Of a stretch of DNA of 64,000 nucleotides, positions 10,554-20,020 are shown piece by piece; within the stretch, counting starts at the first letter, position 1, and each line of letters starts with the position of its first letter. The notes beneath the pieces were generated by a model. That model saw nothing but the letters and a program-made list of their open reading frames with translations. It made no database searches and had not been told where the DNA came from. A program made the position numbers and the translations under genes. The DNA comes from Planctomycetota bacterium (GTDB taxonomy: Bacteria > Planctomycetota > B15-G4), in the NCBI GenBank assembly GCA_038212275.1, contig JBBQUR010000009.1, positions 96,001 to 160,000 on the forward strand, given 5' to 3'.

Positions 10554-11845
10554 CCTCTCCGCACTGCGTCGCAACATGGCGCGCGTGCTGTCGTGTCTGC
10601 AGCCGGGTTCGGCGGTGCTCGCCGTCGTCAAGGCGGATGCCTACGGCCACGGCGCGGTGCCGGTCGCGCGCGCGCTGAGCGATCAGCCCGGTCTGTGGGG
10701 CTTCGGCGTCGGCGACAGCCAGGAGGCGCTCGAGCTGCGCGCCGCCGGCATCACCGCGCCGATCCTGATCCTCGGCACGATCATTCCCGAGGAAGAAGCG
10801 CAGGTCGTGAGCCACGACATCCGCGTGTGCGTGCACTCGATGGATCGCATCGCCACGCTGGAGGAAGAGAGCCGCCGGCAGGGGCGCCGCACGCGCGTGC
10901 ATGTCATGGTGGACACGGGCATGGGGCGGCTCGGGGCGCTTCCGGCGCGCGCGGCCGACCTCGCCCGGGCCGTGTCCTCCAGCCGCTGGCTCGAACTGGA
11001 GGGCATCGCGTCGCACATGTCGGCGGGGCGTCCGGGGCATCCCTTCACGGGCGTGCAGCGCGACCGGCTGCTCGGCGTGCTGGACACGCTCGAAGCGGAG
11101 CACATCAAGCCGCCGCTCGTGCACTTCGCGAACACCGCGGCCGTGCTCGGCGGCGAGGGCTGCAATCAGGCGCTCGTGCGACCGGGCATCTCGCTGTACG
11201 GCGTGCTCGGCCCGGACCTCACGCACCTCGCGACGGCGCTCGGCCTCGAGCCGGTGCTGAGCCTGCGCACGCAGGTCGTGTACATGAAGGACGTCCCGGC
11301 CGGCACGCCCATCGGCTACAACGGCACGCACGTCACGGCGCGCGCCACGCGCGTCGCCACGCTGCCCATCGGCTACAACGACGGGCTCGCGTACCGGCTC
11401 AGCAATCGCGGCCGCGCGCTGGTCAACGGCGCGTGCGCGCCGATCATCGGGTCCATCTCGATGGACTACACGATGCTCGACATCGGCGACATCCCCGGCG
11501 TGCGTGTCGGCGACACGGTCACGCTCATCGGCCGCGACGGCGAGGCGTTTATCGGCATCCCGGAACTCGCGAGCATCGTCGGCACGATCCCGTACGAGAT
11601 CTCGTGCTCGGTGGGCAAGCGCGTGCACCGGCTTTATGTCCGCGAGGGCCAGCCGGCACCCGGCGTCAGCGCAGCGGACGCTGCGGACGCGGCGGACGCG
11701 GCGCCGGACCTGGTCGAGGCCGCGGCGACGCCGCGGCGCGCTCGCGCCGGAAAACGCCTTGGAAAAGGCGCAAAGAAGAGCGGCGGGGCGGCCGGCGTGA
11801 ACACGGCATGAGGGCGGCCGTCCGCGCGCTCGTGAGGACCGCGGC

Positions 11846-12928
11846 GTGAGCCGGCTCTACGCGATCATCATGGCCGGCGGTTCGGGCACGCGCTTCTGGC
11901 CGGCCAGCCGCAAGGCGCGGCCCAAGCAGCTGCTCGCCATCGGCGGCGACAAGGCCCTGCTGGTGGAGACCTCCGAGCGGCTCGGTGAGCTCATTCCGCC
12001 CGCGCGGCAGTTCGTGATCACCAGCGCGCGCTATGCGCAGGCGGTGCGCGACCTGCTCCCGGGCGTGCCACCCGAGCAGGTCATCGGCGAGCCGGAGGGC
12101 CGCGACACGGCGGCGTGCATCGGTCTCGCGGCCAGGCTGCTCGCGCGGCTCGATCCCGACGCGATCGGCATCGCGATGCCGGCCGATCACGTGTTGTCGC
12201 CGCTGCCGGTTTTCCACGCTCACCTGCGCGCGGCGGCCGAAGCGCTCACGGTGCATCCAAACTCCGTGCTCGTCTTCGGCATCCGGCCCGACCGGCCCGC
12301 GACGGGCTACGGCTATCTGCGCCGCGGCGCAAAGCTCGGCAGCTTCGGCGGCTGCGAGGTCTCGCGGCTCGCGGCCTTCGTCGAGAAGCCCGACCGCGCG
12401 CGCGCCGAGGCGCTGCTCGCGCAGGGCGACCATCTCTGGAATGCCGGCCTCTTCGCCTTCAGGCCCGCGGCCATGGAGGCGGCCATCGGCCAGCACCTGC
12501 CCGCGCTGCCGCCCGGCCTCGACGCGATCGGCGCCGCGTGGCGCACGCCGCGCTTCGAGTCCGTGCTCGCCGAGCAGTACCCGAAGCTTCAGAAGATCTC
12601 CATCGACTTCGGCGTGATGGAGAAACTGCTCGACGCGCTGCTGCTCCCGTTGCCGCTGCAATGGGACGACGTCGGTGCGTGGGACGCGCTCGCGCGCCTG
12701 CTCCCCGCGGACGCCGACGGCAACGTCGCGCAGGGCCCACACGTCATCCTCGACGGCCGCAACCTGCTGCTCTCCGCAAGCGGCGGCATGATCGCGGCCA
12801 AGGGCGTGAGCGACCTCATCATCGTGCACACGCCCGACGCGACGCTGGTCTGCCGCCGCGACGACTCCGAGGGCGTGAAGGCGATCGTGGCCGAGCTGGC
12901 GCGTCGCGGCCTCGCCGCGTTCGAGTAG
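11846..12928 (+). CDS. manC: Mannose-1-phosphate guanylyltransferase
   Basis: IMAGGSGTRFWPASR, PKQ, EPEGRDTAA, FVEKP, SIDFGVMEK and WDDVGAW motifs. Confidence 0.93.
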   Translation: MSRLYAIIMAGGSGTRFWPASRKARPKQLLAIGGDKALLVETSERLGELIPPARQFVITSARYAQAVRDLLPGVPPEQVIGEPEGRDTAACIGLAARLLARLDPDAIGIAMPADHVLSPLPVFHAHLRAAAEALTVHPNSVLVFGIRPDRPATGYGYLRRGAKLGSFGGCEVSRLAAFVEKPDRARAEALLAQGDHLWNAGLFAFRPAAMEAAIGQHLPALPPGLDAIGAAWRTPRFESVLAEQYPKLQKISIDFGVMEKLLDALLLPLPLQWDDVGAWDALARLLPADADGNVAQGPHVILDGRNLLLSASGGMIAAKGVSDLIIVHTPDATLVCRRDDSEGVKAIVAELARRGLAAFE

Positions 12929-13029
12929 GCGCCGCGTTCGAGTAGGCGCCGAGTCCCGACGCCGAGTCCCGACGCCGAGTCCTGACGCCGAGTCCTGACG
13001 CCGAGTCCTGACGCCGAGTGCTGACGCCG
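12913..13029. repeat. Compound tandem repeat: 17 bp x2, then 13 bp (CGCCGAGTCCYGA) x6
   Basis: CGCCGCGTTCGAGTAGG at 12913 and 12930; 13-mers at 12947, 12960, 12973, 12986, 12999 and 13012. Confidence 0.95.
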
Positions 13030-13040
13030 TGGCGGCCGGC

Positions 13041-14036
13041 TCAGGTCCCGCCGTAGGGGTTGTAGCCCGGCGCGCAGTGCAGCAGGCCCCACGCAGCACG
13101 ATCCGCGTACGGGCTTGCAAGCCAGGCCGCGTTGGAGAAGCCTTCGATGCTGTCGAAGTTGCCGTCGTTGTCCGGGTCTTTCAGAAGGACCCATTCGGCA
13201 TCGATCGGCGTGACGCAAGCTTCCGTCGAGACCAGCAGATAGACGCGGCCGCCGGCGGCGCCGATGTCCCAGGCGCTCATGCTGGTCGTCCGCTTCAACT
13301 CCGGCGTCGTGGCCGACGAGCACACCAGTTTCGGGGTGCATGGCGCCGGGGACAGCAGATCCAGCTGATAAATCGCGGAGTTGCCGTGCGCCTGCAGGAG
13401 CAGGAAGCGCCCCTCGGGATCCGCGACGAGGCTGCGGATGTGTCTCAGTTCGGCGCCCGTGTACAGCATGCGGCGGCGTTCCGGCGGTGCGGCCTCGCGC
13501 GCCGGTGGAATCACGAAGTCGCCAGCGCCTGCGATGCCGGGCAGCAGCACGAGGGGCGGAGCCGGGACACCCACGGGGCCGACCGCGGGAGTCGTCGTGG
13601 GAGACAGCGCCGCGCGAAGCACGCGCGCCCCGCGCTGCGGCGGGAAGGCCCACTCCTCGATGAGGTCCGCGCCGTCTGCCTCCCGGATGCCGGCCACGTA
13701 GAGCACGTCGCCGCCGTCGCGGCCCGAGAGATCCGTGATGCGGAACGGGACGGAGAAAGTCGTTCTGGTGTCGAACCACGGCGACTCCGTCTCCGCGCGT
13801 TCCTTCGCCGTCCTCGTGAACGAGCGGCCGCCCACCGCAAAGTTGACGCCGCGTCGCGCGTTCTCGTCGAGTCCCGTGATCTCGCAGTGGCCGAAGTCGA
13901 CACTGAGCAGGTCGCTGGGAAAGTCGTCGTCGGGTGCCGGTGCGGCATGCGCTTCGCTGCGTGCGCATGCGATCAGCGCGACCAGGCAGGTCGCGCCGAG
14001 CAGCGCGAGGACGATGCGCTGTCCTCTTCGTGTCAT
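13041..14036 (-). CDS. Hypothetical exported protein
   Basis: Signal-peptide-like N-terminus and a DPDNDGNFD acidic loop; fills the gap between flanking genes. Confidence 0.7.
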   Translation of the reverse strand: MTRRGQRIVLALLGATCLVALIACARSEAHAAPAPDDDFPSDLLSVDFGHCEITGLDENARRGVNFAVGGRSFTRTAKERAETESPWFDTRTTFSVPFRITDLSGRDGGDVLYVAGIREADGADLIEEWAFPPQRGARVLRAALSPTTTPAVGPVGVPAPPLVLLPGIAGAGDFVIPPAREAAPPERRRMLYTGAELRHIRSLVADPEGRFLLLQAHGNSAIYQLDLLSPAPCTPKLVCSSATTPELKRTTSMSAWDIGAAGGRVYLLVSTEACVTPIDAEWVLLKDPDNDGNFDSIEGFSNAAWLASPYADRAAWGLLHCAPGYNPYGGT

Positions 14037-14073
14037 GAGCAGCCTCTTTCGAACGGCGCCCCCGCGCGCGCCG

Positions 14074-15372
14074 TCAGCTCACCGGTTCCAGGATTTCCAG
14101 CGCGACGACGTCCACGCGGCGGTCCACGACGCGCTGCACGGTGAGCACGATGTTGTCCTGGCGCAGCACTTCGCCCTGCTCGGGCAGGCGGCCCAGCGTG
14201 TTGAAGATGAAGCCGCCCAGCGTGTCCCAGTCGTCGCTCTCGGGGATGTCGATGGCGAGCGCGGAGTTGATCTCGTCCACGCGCATGGAGCCGGGCACGA
14301 CGGCGTGGCGCTCGTCCACGATGAGGATTTCCTGCGGCTCCTCGTCGATGTCGAACTCGTCGTCGATGTTGCCGACGATCTCCTCGAGCACGTCCTCGAT
14401 GGTGATCAGGCCCGCGGTGCCGCCGTATTCGTCCAGCACCACCGCGAGGTGCGTGCGGTGCTTGCGGAATTCCGCGAGCAGCTCGGTGACGAACTTGCTC
14501 TCGGGCACGAACCACGGCTGGCGCATGACGCGCTTGACGGGTTCCTCGCGCGCGATCTTGAGCAGGTCCTTCACGTGCACCACGCCGACGACGTGGTCCA
14601 CGCTGCCCTCGACGAGCGGGTAGCGGCTGCGGCCGGTGCGCAGCGCGATCTCGCGCGCCTCGCCGACGGTGGCGGTGATCGAGATCGTGTCCACCTCGGT
14701 GCGCGGCGTCATGAGCAGGCGCACTTCCTTTTCGCGCAGAGACAGGATCTGCTCGATCATGTCGGCCTGGTGCTCGGCGAGATGACCCTCGCGCTCGCCT
14801 TCCTCGACCGTGGCGAGGATTTCGTCCGCATACTGCTCGGCCTCCTGCTGCGGCTTGACGCCGGTGGCCACGCGCACGAGCCGGCGGAACAGGTCGATGG
14901 GCGGCGCGATGAGGCGTCCGAGCATCACGATGACCGGCATCGTGGTGCGCACCAGCACCTCGAGCGGGCCGAGCGACAACTCGCCCGGCAGCACGCGGCA
15001 GAAGAGCGTGATCCAGACGAAGGCCGCGGTGCAGGCCAGGACCACGGGCGTGGACGGGGCGGCGTCGGGCATCCAGTGCGGCAGCCATTCCTGCGCCAGC
15101 AGCACGAGCACCAGCACCAGCGCCATCTGGCTGGCGACGCGCAGCACCAGCAGCCCGGTCTCGGCGCTGCGCGACTGCGCGAGCAGCTTCTCGATGCGTT
15201 CGCGCTGCACGGGCCCCTCGCCCGCGTCGGCCAGCCGCGTGCGCGAGAGGCTCTGCCAGCCGTGCTCGAGGGCGGCCAGCAGCGCGCTCAGGAGCGCGAG
15301 CCCGACGGTCCACCAGATGCTGTGCGGCTGCTCCACGACGAAGAGCAGCGGGGCGACGAGGAGGCCGAACAC
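14074..15372 (-). CDS. Hemolysin/CNNM-family protein (DUF21-CBS-CorC)
   Basis: TM region, LMTPRTEV, RSRYPL, FVPESK, VVLDEYGGTAGLITIEDVLEEIVGNI, TLGGFI; start uncertain (15372 or 15336). Confidence 0.92.
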   Translation of the reverse strand: MFGLLVAPLLFVVEQPHSIWWTVGLALLSALLAALEHGWQSLSRTRLADAGEGPVQRERIEKLLAQSRSAETGLLVLRVASQMALVLVLVLLAQEWLPHWMPDAAPSTPVVLACTAAFVWITLFCRVLPGELSLGPLEVLVRTTMPVIVMLGRLIAPPIDLFRRLVRVATGVKPQQEAEQYADEILATVEEGEREGHLAEHQADMIEQILSLREKEVRLLMTPRTEVDTISITATVGEAREIALRTGRSRYPLVEGSVDHVVGVVHVKDLLKIAREEPVKRVMRQPWFVPESKFVTELLAEFRKHRTHLAVVLDEYGGTAGLITIEDVLEEIVGNIDDEFDIDEEPQEILIVDERHAVVPGSMRVDEINSALAIDIPESDDWDTLGGFIFNTLGRLPEQGEVLRQDNIVLTVQRVVDRRVDVVALEILEPVS

Positions 15373-15491
15373 GTCCAGGACTGAGCTTCCAGCGGCACAA
15401 GGGCAGCGGCCGCGAGCGACGTCCCGGGCACTTCCCACGACGCGCGACCGAGTATAGACCTCGGCCTCGCCGTGTGCGAACGTGCCGGAAT

Positions 15492-15518
15492 CAGCCGATT
15501 CCTGCGCCGAATCGGCTG
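15492..15518. promoter_or_regulatory. Perfect 10-bp inverted repeat between divergent genes
   Basis: CAGCCGATTC-N7-GAATCGGCTG, about 70 bp upstream of hutI. Confidence 0.4.
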
Positions 15519-15585
15519 TTGGCCCGACGTGGGCAGCGGCCCGGGGCCACCGGCTCCGACGCAGCGCGCGCTCCCGCGGTGAGGC

Positions 15586-16947
15586 ATGAAGGAAGACGTC
15601 GACCTGCTCGTGACGGACATCGCGGAGCTGGTCACGATGGCCGGCCCGGGGGGGCTCGCCGGCGCCGTGCAGCTCGGAACGCCGGCACTGCCGCCGACTC
15701 CCGGTCGAACGCCCACGCGGACGTCCATGTCGCCGCCGGCTGCCTCCGTCACGCCGCTGCGGGGCGCTGCCATGGACGACCCCGGCGTGGTGGCGCACGG
15801 CGCGCTCGCGATCCGCGACGGACGGATCGTCGCGGTGGACGAGGAGCACGTCGTGCGGGCCCGCTATGCCGCGCCGCGCACGCTGTCCGCGCACGGCGGC
15901 ACCGTCGTGCCCGGCTTCTGCGACGCGCACACGCACCCGGTCTTCGATGCCACGCGCGAGCGCGAGTTCGACATGCGTGCGCGCGGCGCGACCTACCAGG
16001 AGATCACGGCGGCCGGCGGCGGCATTTTCTCGTCCGTGCGCTCGCTTCGAGCGGCGTCGCGCGAGCGCCTCGCGGGGCTGCTCGCCGCGCGGCTCGACCG
16101 CTTCCTGCGGTGCGGCACGACGTCGATCGAGGCCAAGAGCGGCTACGGCCTCACGCTCGACACCGAGGTGCTCTCGCTGGAACTGCTCGCCGAAGCGGCC
16201 GCCTCGCACGCGGTGGACATCGACCGGACGTGCCTGGCCGCGCATCAGGTGCCGCCGGAATTCGCGCAGGATCGCGAGGGCTACGTGCGACTCGTCGCGG
16301 AGCGCATCCTGCCGGAGGTCGCGCGGCGCGGACTGGCTCGTTCGGCCGACGTCTTCTGCGACAAGGGCGCGTACACCGTCGATGAGGCGCGCACCGTGCT
16401 GCATGGCGCGCGCGCCGCAGGCCTCGCCCTGCGCGTGCACGCCGACGAACTGGCGCCGGTCGGCGCCGCGGAACTGGCCGGCGAGTGCGGCGCGCAGACT
16501 GCGGATCACCTCGTGCACATCAGCGACGCGGGCATCGAGGCGCTCGCGCGCGCCGGCACCGCGCCGGTGCTGCTGCCCGGCACCTGCTTCTCGCTGCGCC
16601 TGAAAAAGGTGCCGCCGGTGGGCGCGATGCTCGAGGCCGGCCTGCCGATCGTTCTCGCGAGCGACTACAACCCCGGCACGTCATACATCCCGTCGATGGT
16701 CGCCATCGTGGCCCTGGGCTGCAGCCTGCTCGGGCTGACCGTCGCGCAGGCACTGTGCGCCGCCACGCGCAACGCGGCCGCGACGCTCGGCCTGCCCGGC
16801 CCGCGCGGCGTGCTCGTGCCCGGCGCAGTGGCGGACATCGCAGTGCTGGATGTCCCCAATCACCTCTTCCTCGGTTACCAGTTCGGGTGGAACCCCGTGG
16901 TCGCGGTCATCAAGGACGGCCGCGTCGTCCACGAGCGCGCGAACTGA
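15586..16947 (+). CDS. hutI: Imidazolonepropionase
   Basis: PGFCDAHTHPVF, YQEITAAGGGI, EAKSGYGL, DVFCD, VHADEL, ADHL and SDYNPG motifs. Confidence 0.96.
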   Translation: MKEDVDLLVTDIAELVTMAGPGGLAGAVQLGTPALPPTPGRTPTRTSMSPPAASVTPLRGAAMDDPGVVAHGALAIRDGRIVAVDEEHVVRARYAAPRTLSAHGGTVVPGFCDAHTHPVFDATREREFDMRARGATYQEITAAGGGIFSSVRSLRAASRERLAGLLAARLDRFLRCGTTSIEAKSGYGLTLDTEVLSLELLAEAAASHAVDIDRTCLAAHQVPPEFAQDREGYVRLVAERILPEVARRGLARSADVFCDKGAYTVDEARTVLHGARAAGLALRVHADELAPVGAAELAGECGAQTADHLVHISDAGIEALARAGTAPVLLPGTCFSLRLKKVPPVGAMLEAGLPIVLASDYNPGTSYIPSMVAIVALGCSLLGLTVAQALCAATRNAAATLGLPGPRGVLVPGAVADIAVLDVPNHLFLGYQFGWNPVVAVIKDGRVVHERAN

Positions 16948-17462
16948 TGCGACCCATCCACCGCTTGTTGCTGCGGCCGTCGCTGCCGCTCATCTACCTC
17001 TCGCTGGTGCTGCTGACTTCGCTGTCGTGCGCCGGCGCACCGCGTCGGCTGAGCTTCGATGCGGCGGCGTACGCGCCCTACGCGCAAGCGGGGACGTCCA
17101 CGGTCGAAGGCCGCGCCTCGGTGCAGGACGAGACGGGCGCCTGGCACGTCGCCGCCGGACGGGACATCCTGCTGCAGCCGGTGACGCCTTACGCGCAGGA
17201 GTGGTTCGACCGTGTCGTGCTCGGCGACGAAGAGCTGGAGCCCGGGGACCCCGCGCTCGTCGCCTTCGTGCACAGCGTGAAGGCCGACGACTCCGGCGCC
17301 TTCCGCTTCACGCAGCTCCCGCCGGGCGAGTACTTCCTCACCTGCCGCATCACGTGGGTGACGGCCGGACTGCAGAGCCGCATCCTCACCAGCGGAGCCT
17401 GGGCGCACGCCCGGGTCACCGTGCCCGCGGAGACGACGGTCAACCTGCTGCTCGGCCGCTGA
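16947..17462 (+). CDS. Hypothetical lipoprotein with a prealbumin/carboxypeptidase-regulatory-like beta domain
   Basis: LTSLSC lipobox-like motif, ADDSGAFRFTQLPPGEYFL; ATG overlaps the hutI stop. Confidence 0.7.
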   Translation: MRPIHRLLLRPSLPLIYLSLVLLTSLSCAGAPRRLSFDAAAYAPYAQAGTSTVEGRASVQDETGAWHVAAGRDILLQPVTPYAQEWFDRVVLGDEELEPGDPALVAFVHSVKADDSGAFRFTQLPPGEYFLTCRITWVTAGLQSRILTSGAWAHARVTVPAETTVNLLLGR

Positions 17463-17686
17463 CGCGCGTCGCGAAGGGTTCGCTCGTCGGACGGCGCTGC
17501 AGTGACCCGGAGCCCACACAGGTCGTCTCCCGAGCTGCCTTCTTCATTCTGGAGGTCGACACTCCGGGCATGAGAGCCGCACAATCGATGGACCGTGCCA
17601 TCTTCCCGCAGCGTGCTTCTGCCGAAGCTGCGCTGTCCGGCAGTCGTCTTCCAGTGCCTTCGCTTCACCCGTCTTCCCGAGGACCG

Positions 17687-18370
17687 ATGACTCAAGTCCC
17701 CACGACACGCGTCCTTCTGGTCCGGCACGGCGCGACGGAGCTGACCGCGGAGGACAGGTTTTCCGGAGCCATCGGCGCGGACCTTTCCAAGGAGGGGCGC
17801 TCCCAGGCCGGGCAACTCGCGGAGCGGCTCTGCCACGTCGGCATCACGGCCGCCTATGCGAGTCCGCTCAGCCGCGCCATGGAGACCGCACGGATCCTCG
17901 CTGCGCCGCACGGCCTGCCCGTCACCCAGCACGCCGAGTTGCGCGAAATCTCCCACGGACATTGGGAAGGACTGACCCGGCGTGAGGTCGAGCAGCGCTA
18001 CGGGGACGAGTACACCGACTGGGAGACGGACCCATTCACCTTCGCGCCGGAGGGCGGCGAGTCGGGCCTGAGCGTGCTCGCCCGGGCTCTGCCGGTCGTG
18101 CGCGAGATCGTGGTCGCGCACCCGGGCCAGACAGTCCTCGTCGTCTCTCACAAGGCGACCATCAGGATCCTGCTGTGCAGCCTTCTCGGTATCGACGCAC
18201 GCGGCTATCGCGACAGGCTCGATCAATCGCCTGCCTGTCTCAATGTCCTCGACTTCAAGGGCCCCGTGCGTGCGCGACTCATGCTGTTCAACGACATCTC
18301 GCACTATCGCGATCAGCCCCGCCACCCCGAGGCAAACCTCTCGACATGGTGGGATGCCGACCAGCCGTAG
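17687..18370 (+). CDS. Histidine phosphatase (phosphoglycerate mutase) family protein
   Basis: LLVRHGAT, ASPLSRA, LREISHGHWEG, PEGGES and LVVSH motifs. Confidence 0.93.
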   Translation: MTQVPTTRVLLVRHGATELTAEDRFSGAIGADLSKEGRSQAGQLAERLCHVGITAAYASPLSRAMETARILAAPHGLPVTQHAELREISHGHWEGLTRREVEQRYGDEYTDWETDPFTFAPEGGESGLSVLARALPVVREIVVAHPGQTVLVVSHKATIRILLCSLLGIDARGYRDRLDQSPACLNVLDFKGPVRARLMLFNDISHYRDQPRHPEANLSTWWDADQP

Positions 18371-18390
18371 AGCGCCGTGAATGCGCGCCG

Positions 18391-19647
18391 TCAGGGAGTG
18401 ACGGCCTCCAGCGCGTTGCTCAACGACACGCCCTTCACGGCTGCCGCATCCTGCACGGCTGCCTGGAAGAAGAGCGTCGTCGCGGCGGGCACAGCGGAAG
18501 GCCACGTGAACGGAAGCGCCACTCCGCCCGAGGCATCCGTCCCCAGGTTGACGGCCAGCGTGAAGGGGAAGGCCAGCAGCGTCCCTCCCTTGAACGGCAC
18601 GGGCACGCTGGTGACGGACGCGAAGAGCAGCGCCTGGGACGATGTCGCTGCCGACGTCAGCACGAGGCTGTTCGAGGAGCCGACCGCCAGCGAACCGATG
18701 CCCGACAGCTTCGGTATGCCAGCGGCGCCCGCCAGCCCCGAGCCGAGGTCGGTGAAGACGAGGCAGGCCGCATCCCAGATGCTCGTGATCGTCGACGCGG
18801 TGGCGCTGCCCGCATCGTGCGGCAGGCCGTACATGTCCTCGAGCGTGCGCAGCACGCTGTAGTGATTGATGGTCTGCGCGTAGGCGCCGGGGATGACGCA
18901 GGCTCCGTGGAAGATCGTCGCGATCTGGTTGCCCGCCGACCCGTTGTCTTCGTCCCAGGTCACGATGAGCAGGCTGTTGTGCGCGCCGCACCAGTCTGCG
19001 TAGGCCCCGAGGTTCGCTTGAAGCCAGCTGTCTCCCTGGGCCACGCTCCCGTCGTGCATGTCGTTCAGCTGGTTGGGGATGACGAAGCTCAGCGTCGGCA
19101 GCGTGTCGAAGTTCGCTGCGGCCGGGAAGAATCCGGCATAGGGCACGTTGACCGAGGCCGGCAGTTTGTTCGCCGGCAGCGGGACGGTGGCGTCCTGCCA
19201 GTTGACCCAGGGGTTGTGCTTGCGCTGATACGTCGCTGGCGCGGAGCCGAACTTCGCGCCGTCGTAGCCGACCGAGGGCATCGTCTCCGAGTAGCCGAGA
19301 AAGCTCAGGCCCGACGCGAGCAGCTTGGCCCCCAGGTTGGGCGCCGTGAACTGGCTGTGCGGGTACACGCTGTCATCGGTCACGCCCTGCGTCGCGCCCG
19401 AGAAGAGCGCGATGTAGTTGCCCTGGCTGGGATGCGTGATCCCGAAACTCTGGGTCATCAGCGCGCCGTTGGCGGCGAGCGAGTTGATGTAGGGAGCCGA
19501 CGCCGACCCGATGATCTGCGAGGACGCGTGGTTTTCCTCGATCACGATGACGACGTGGTCGAAGCTCGGCACGCCGTTGTCGGCACGCACCCGGGATGCG
19601 GCCAGCATCAACACGAGGCCTGCGAGGAGATGGCCGGGGCTCTTCAT
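18391..19647 (-). CDS. Secreted acid phosphatase/phosphoesterase (SapM-like) with an extra 121-aa C-terminal domain
   Basis: Signal peptide, DHVVIVIEEN, THPSQGNY, RKHNPW, NDMHDG, VTWDE and NHYSVLRTLED motifs. Confidence 0.9.
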   Translation of the reverse strand: MKSPGHLLAGLVLMLAASRVRADNGVPSFDHVVIVIEENHASSQIIGSASAPYINSLAANGALMTQSFGITHPSQGNYIALFSGATQGVTDDSVYPHSQFTAPNLGAKLLASGLSFLGYSETMPSVGYDGAKFGSAPATYQRKHNPWVNWQDATVPLPANKLPASVNVPYAGFFPAAANFDTLPTLSFVIPNQLNDMHDGSVAQGDSWLQANLGAYADWCGAHNSLLIVTWDEDNGSAGNQIATIFHGACVIPGAYAQTINHYSVLRTLEDMYGLPHDAGSATASTITSIWDAACLVFTDLGSGLAGAAGIPKLSGIGSLAVGSSNSLVLTSAATSSQALLFASVTSVPVPFKGGTLLAFPFTLAVNLGTDASGGVALPFTWPSAVPAATTLFFQAAVQDAAAVKGVSLSNALEAVTP

Positions 19648-19704
19648 GCCCGCCATCGTGACGGTTGGTCCCGATGATTGCGTGGAGATTCGGCGGATTC
19701 GGGA

Positions 19705-19760
19705 GCACGCGCGGCCGGTGGTGCACGCTCGGCCGATGGCGCACGCTCGGAGGGATGGGG
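19705..19760. repeat. Imperfect 18-bp tandem repeat (x3) upstream of the phosphatase gene
   Basis: GCACGCGCGGCCGGTGGT / GCACGCTCGGCCGATGGC / GCACGCTCGGAGGGATGGG. Confidence 0.65.
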
Positions 19761-20020
19761 CACGGGACCGCCGGGGCCGTTCGACGACGGGTGACGCGCA
19801 GGGGGCGCCAGGGCGGTGAAGCGGGTGTCCGTGGGGACCTGATGTGAGCGGGACGGGCCCAAGGGCGCGGTGACGCGCCGAAGGGCCTGGCTCATGTCCG
19901 GCTCATCCTCGGCCCCTTCGACAGACGCTCCGTTCGTGCGGCCCGCGAAGTGCGCGCTGCGGCTGCTATAGTCGCGCCTCCCCCGACACCGATCAGCTGC
20001 TCCCGCAGGCGAGGACCGCA

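Noticed and set aside
12913..13029. Possible CRISPR array
   Set aside because: Units are 13-17 bp and contiguous, with no unique spacers and no cas genes.
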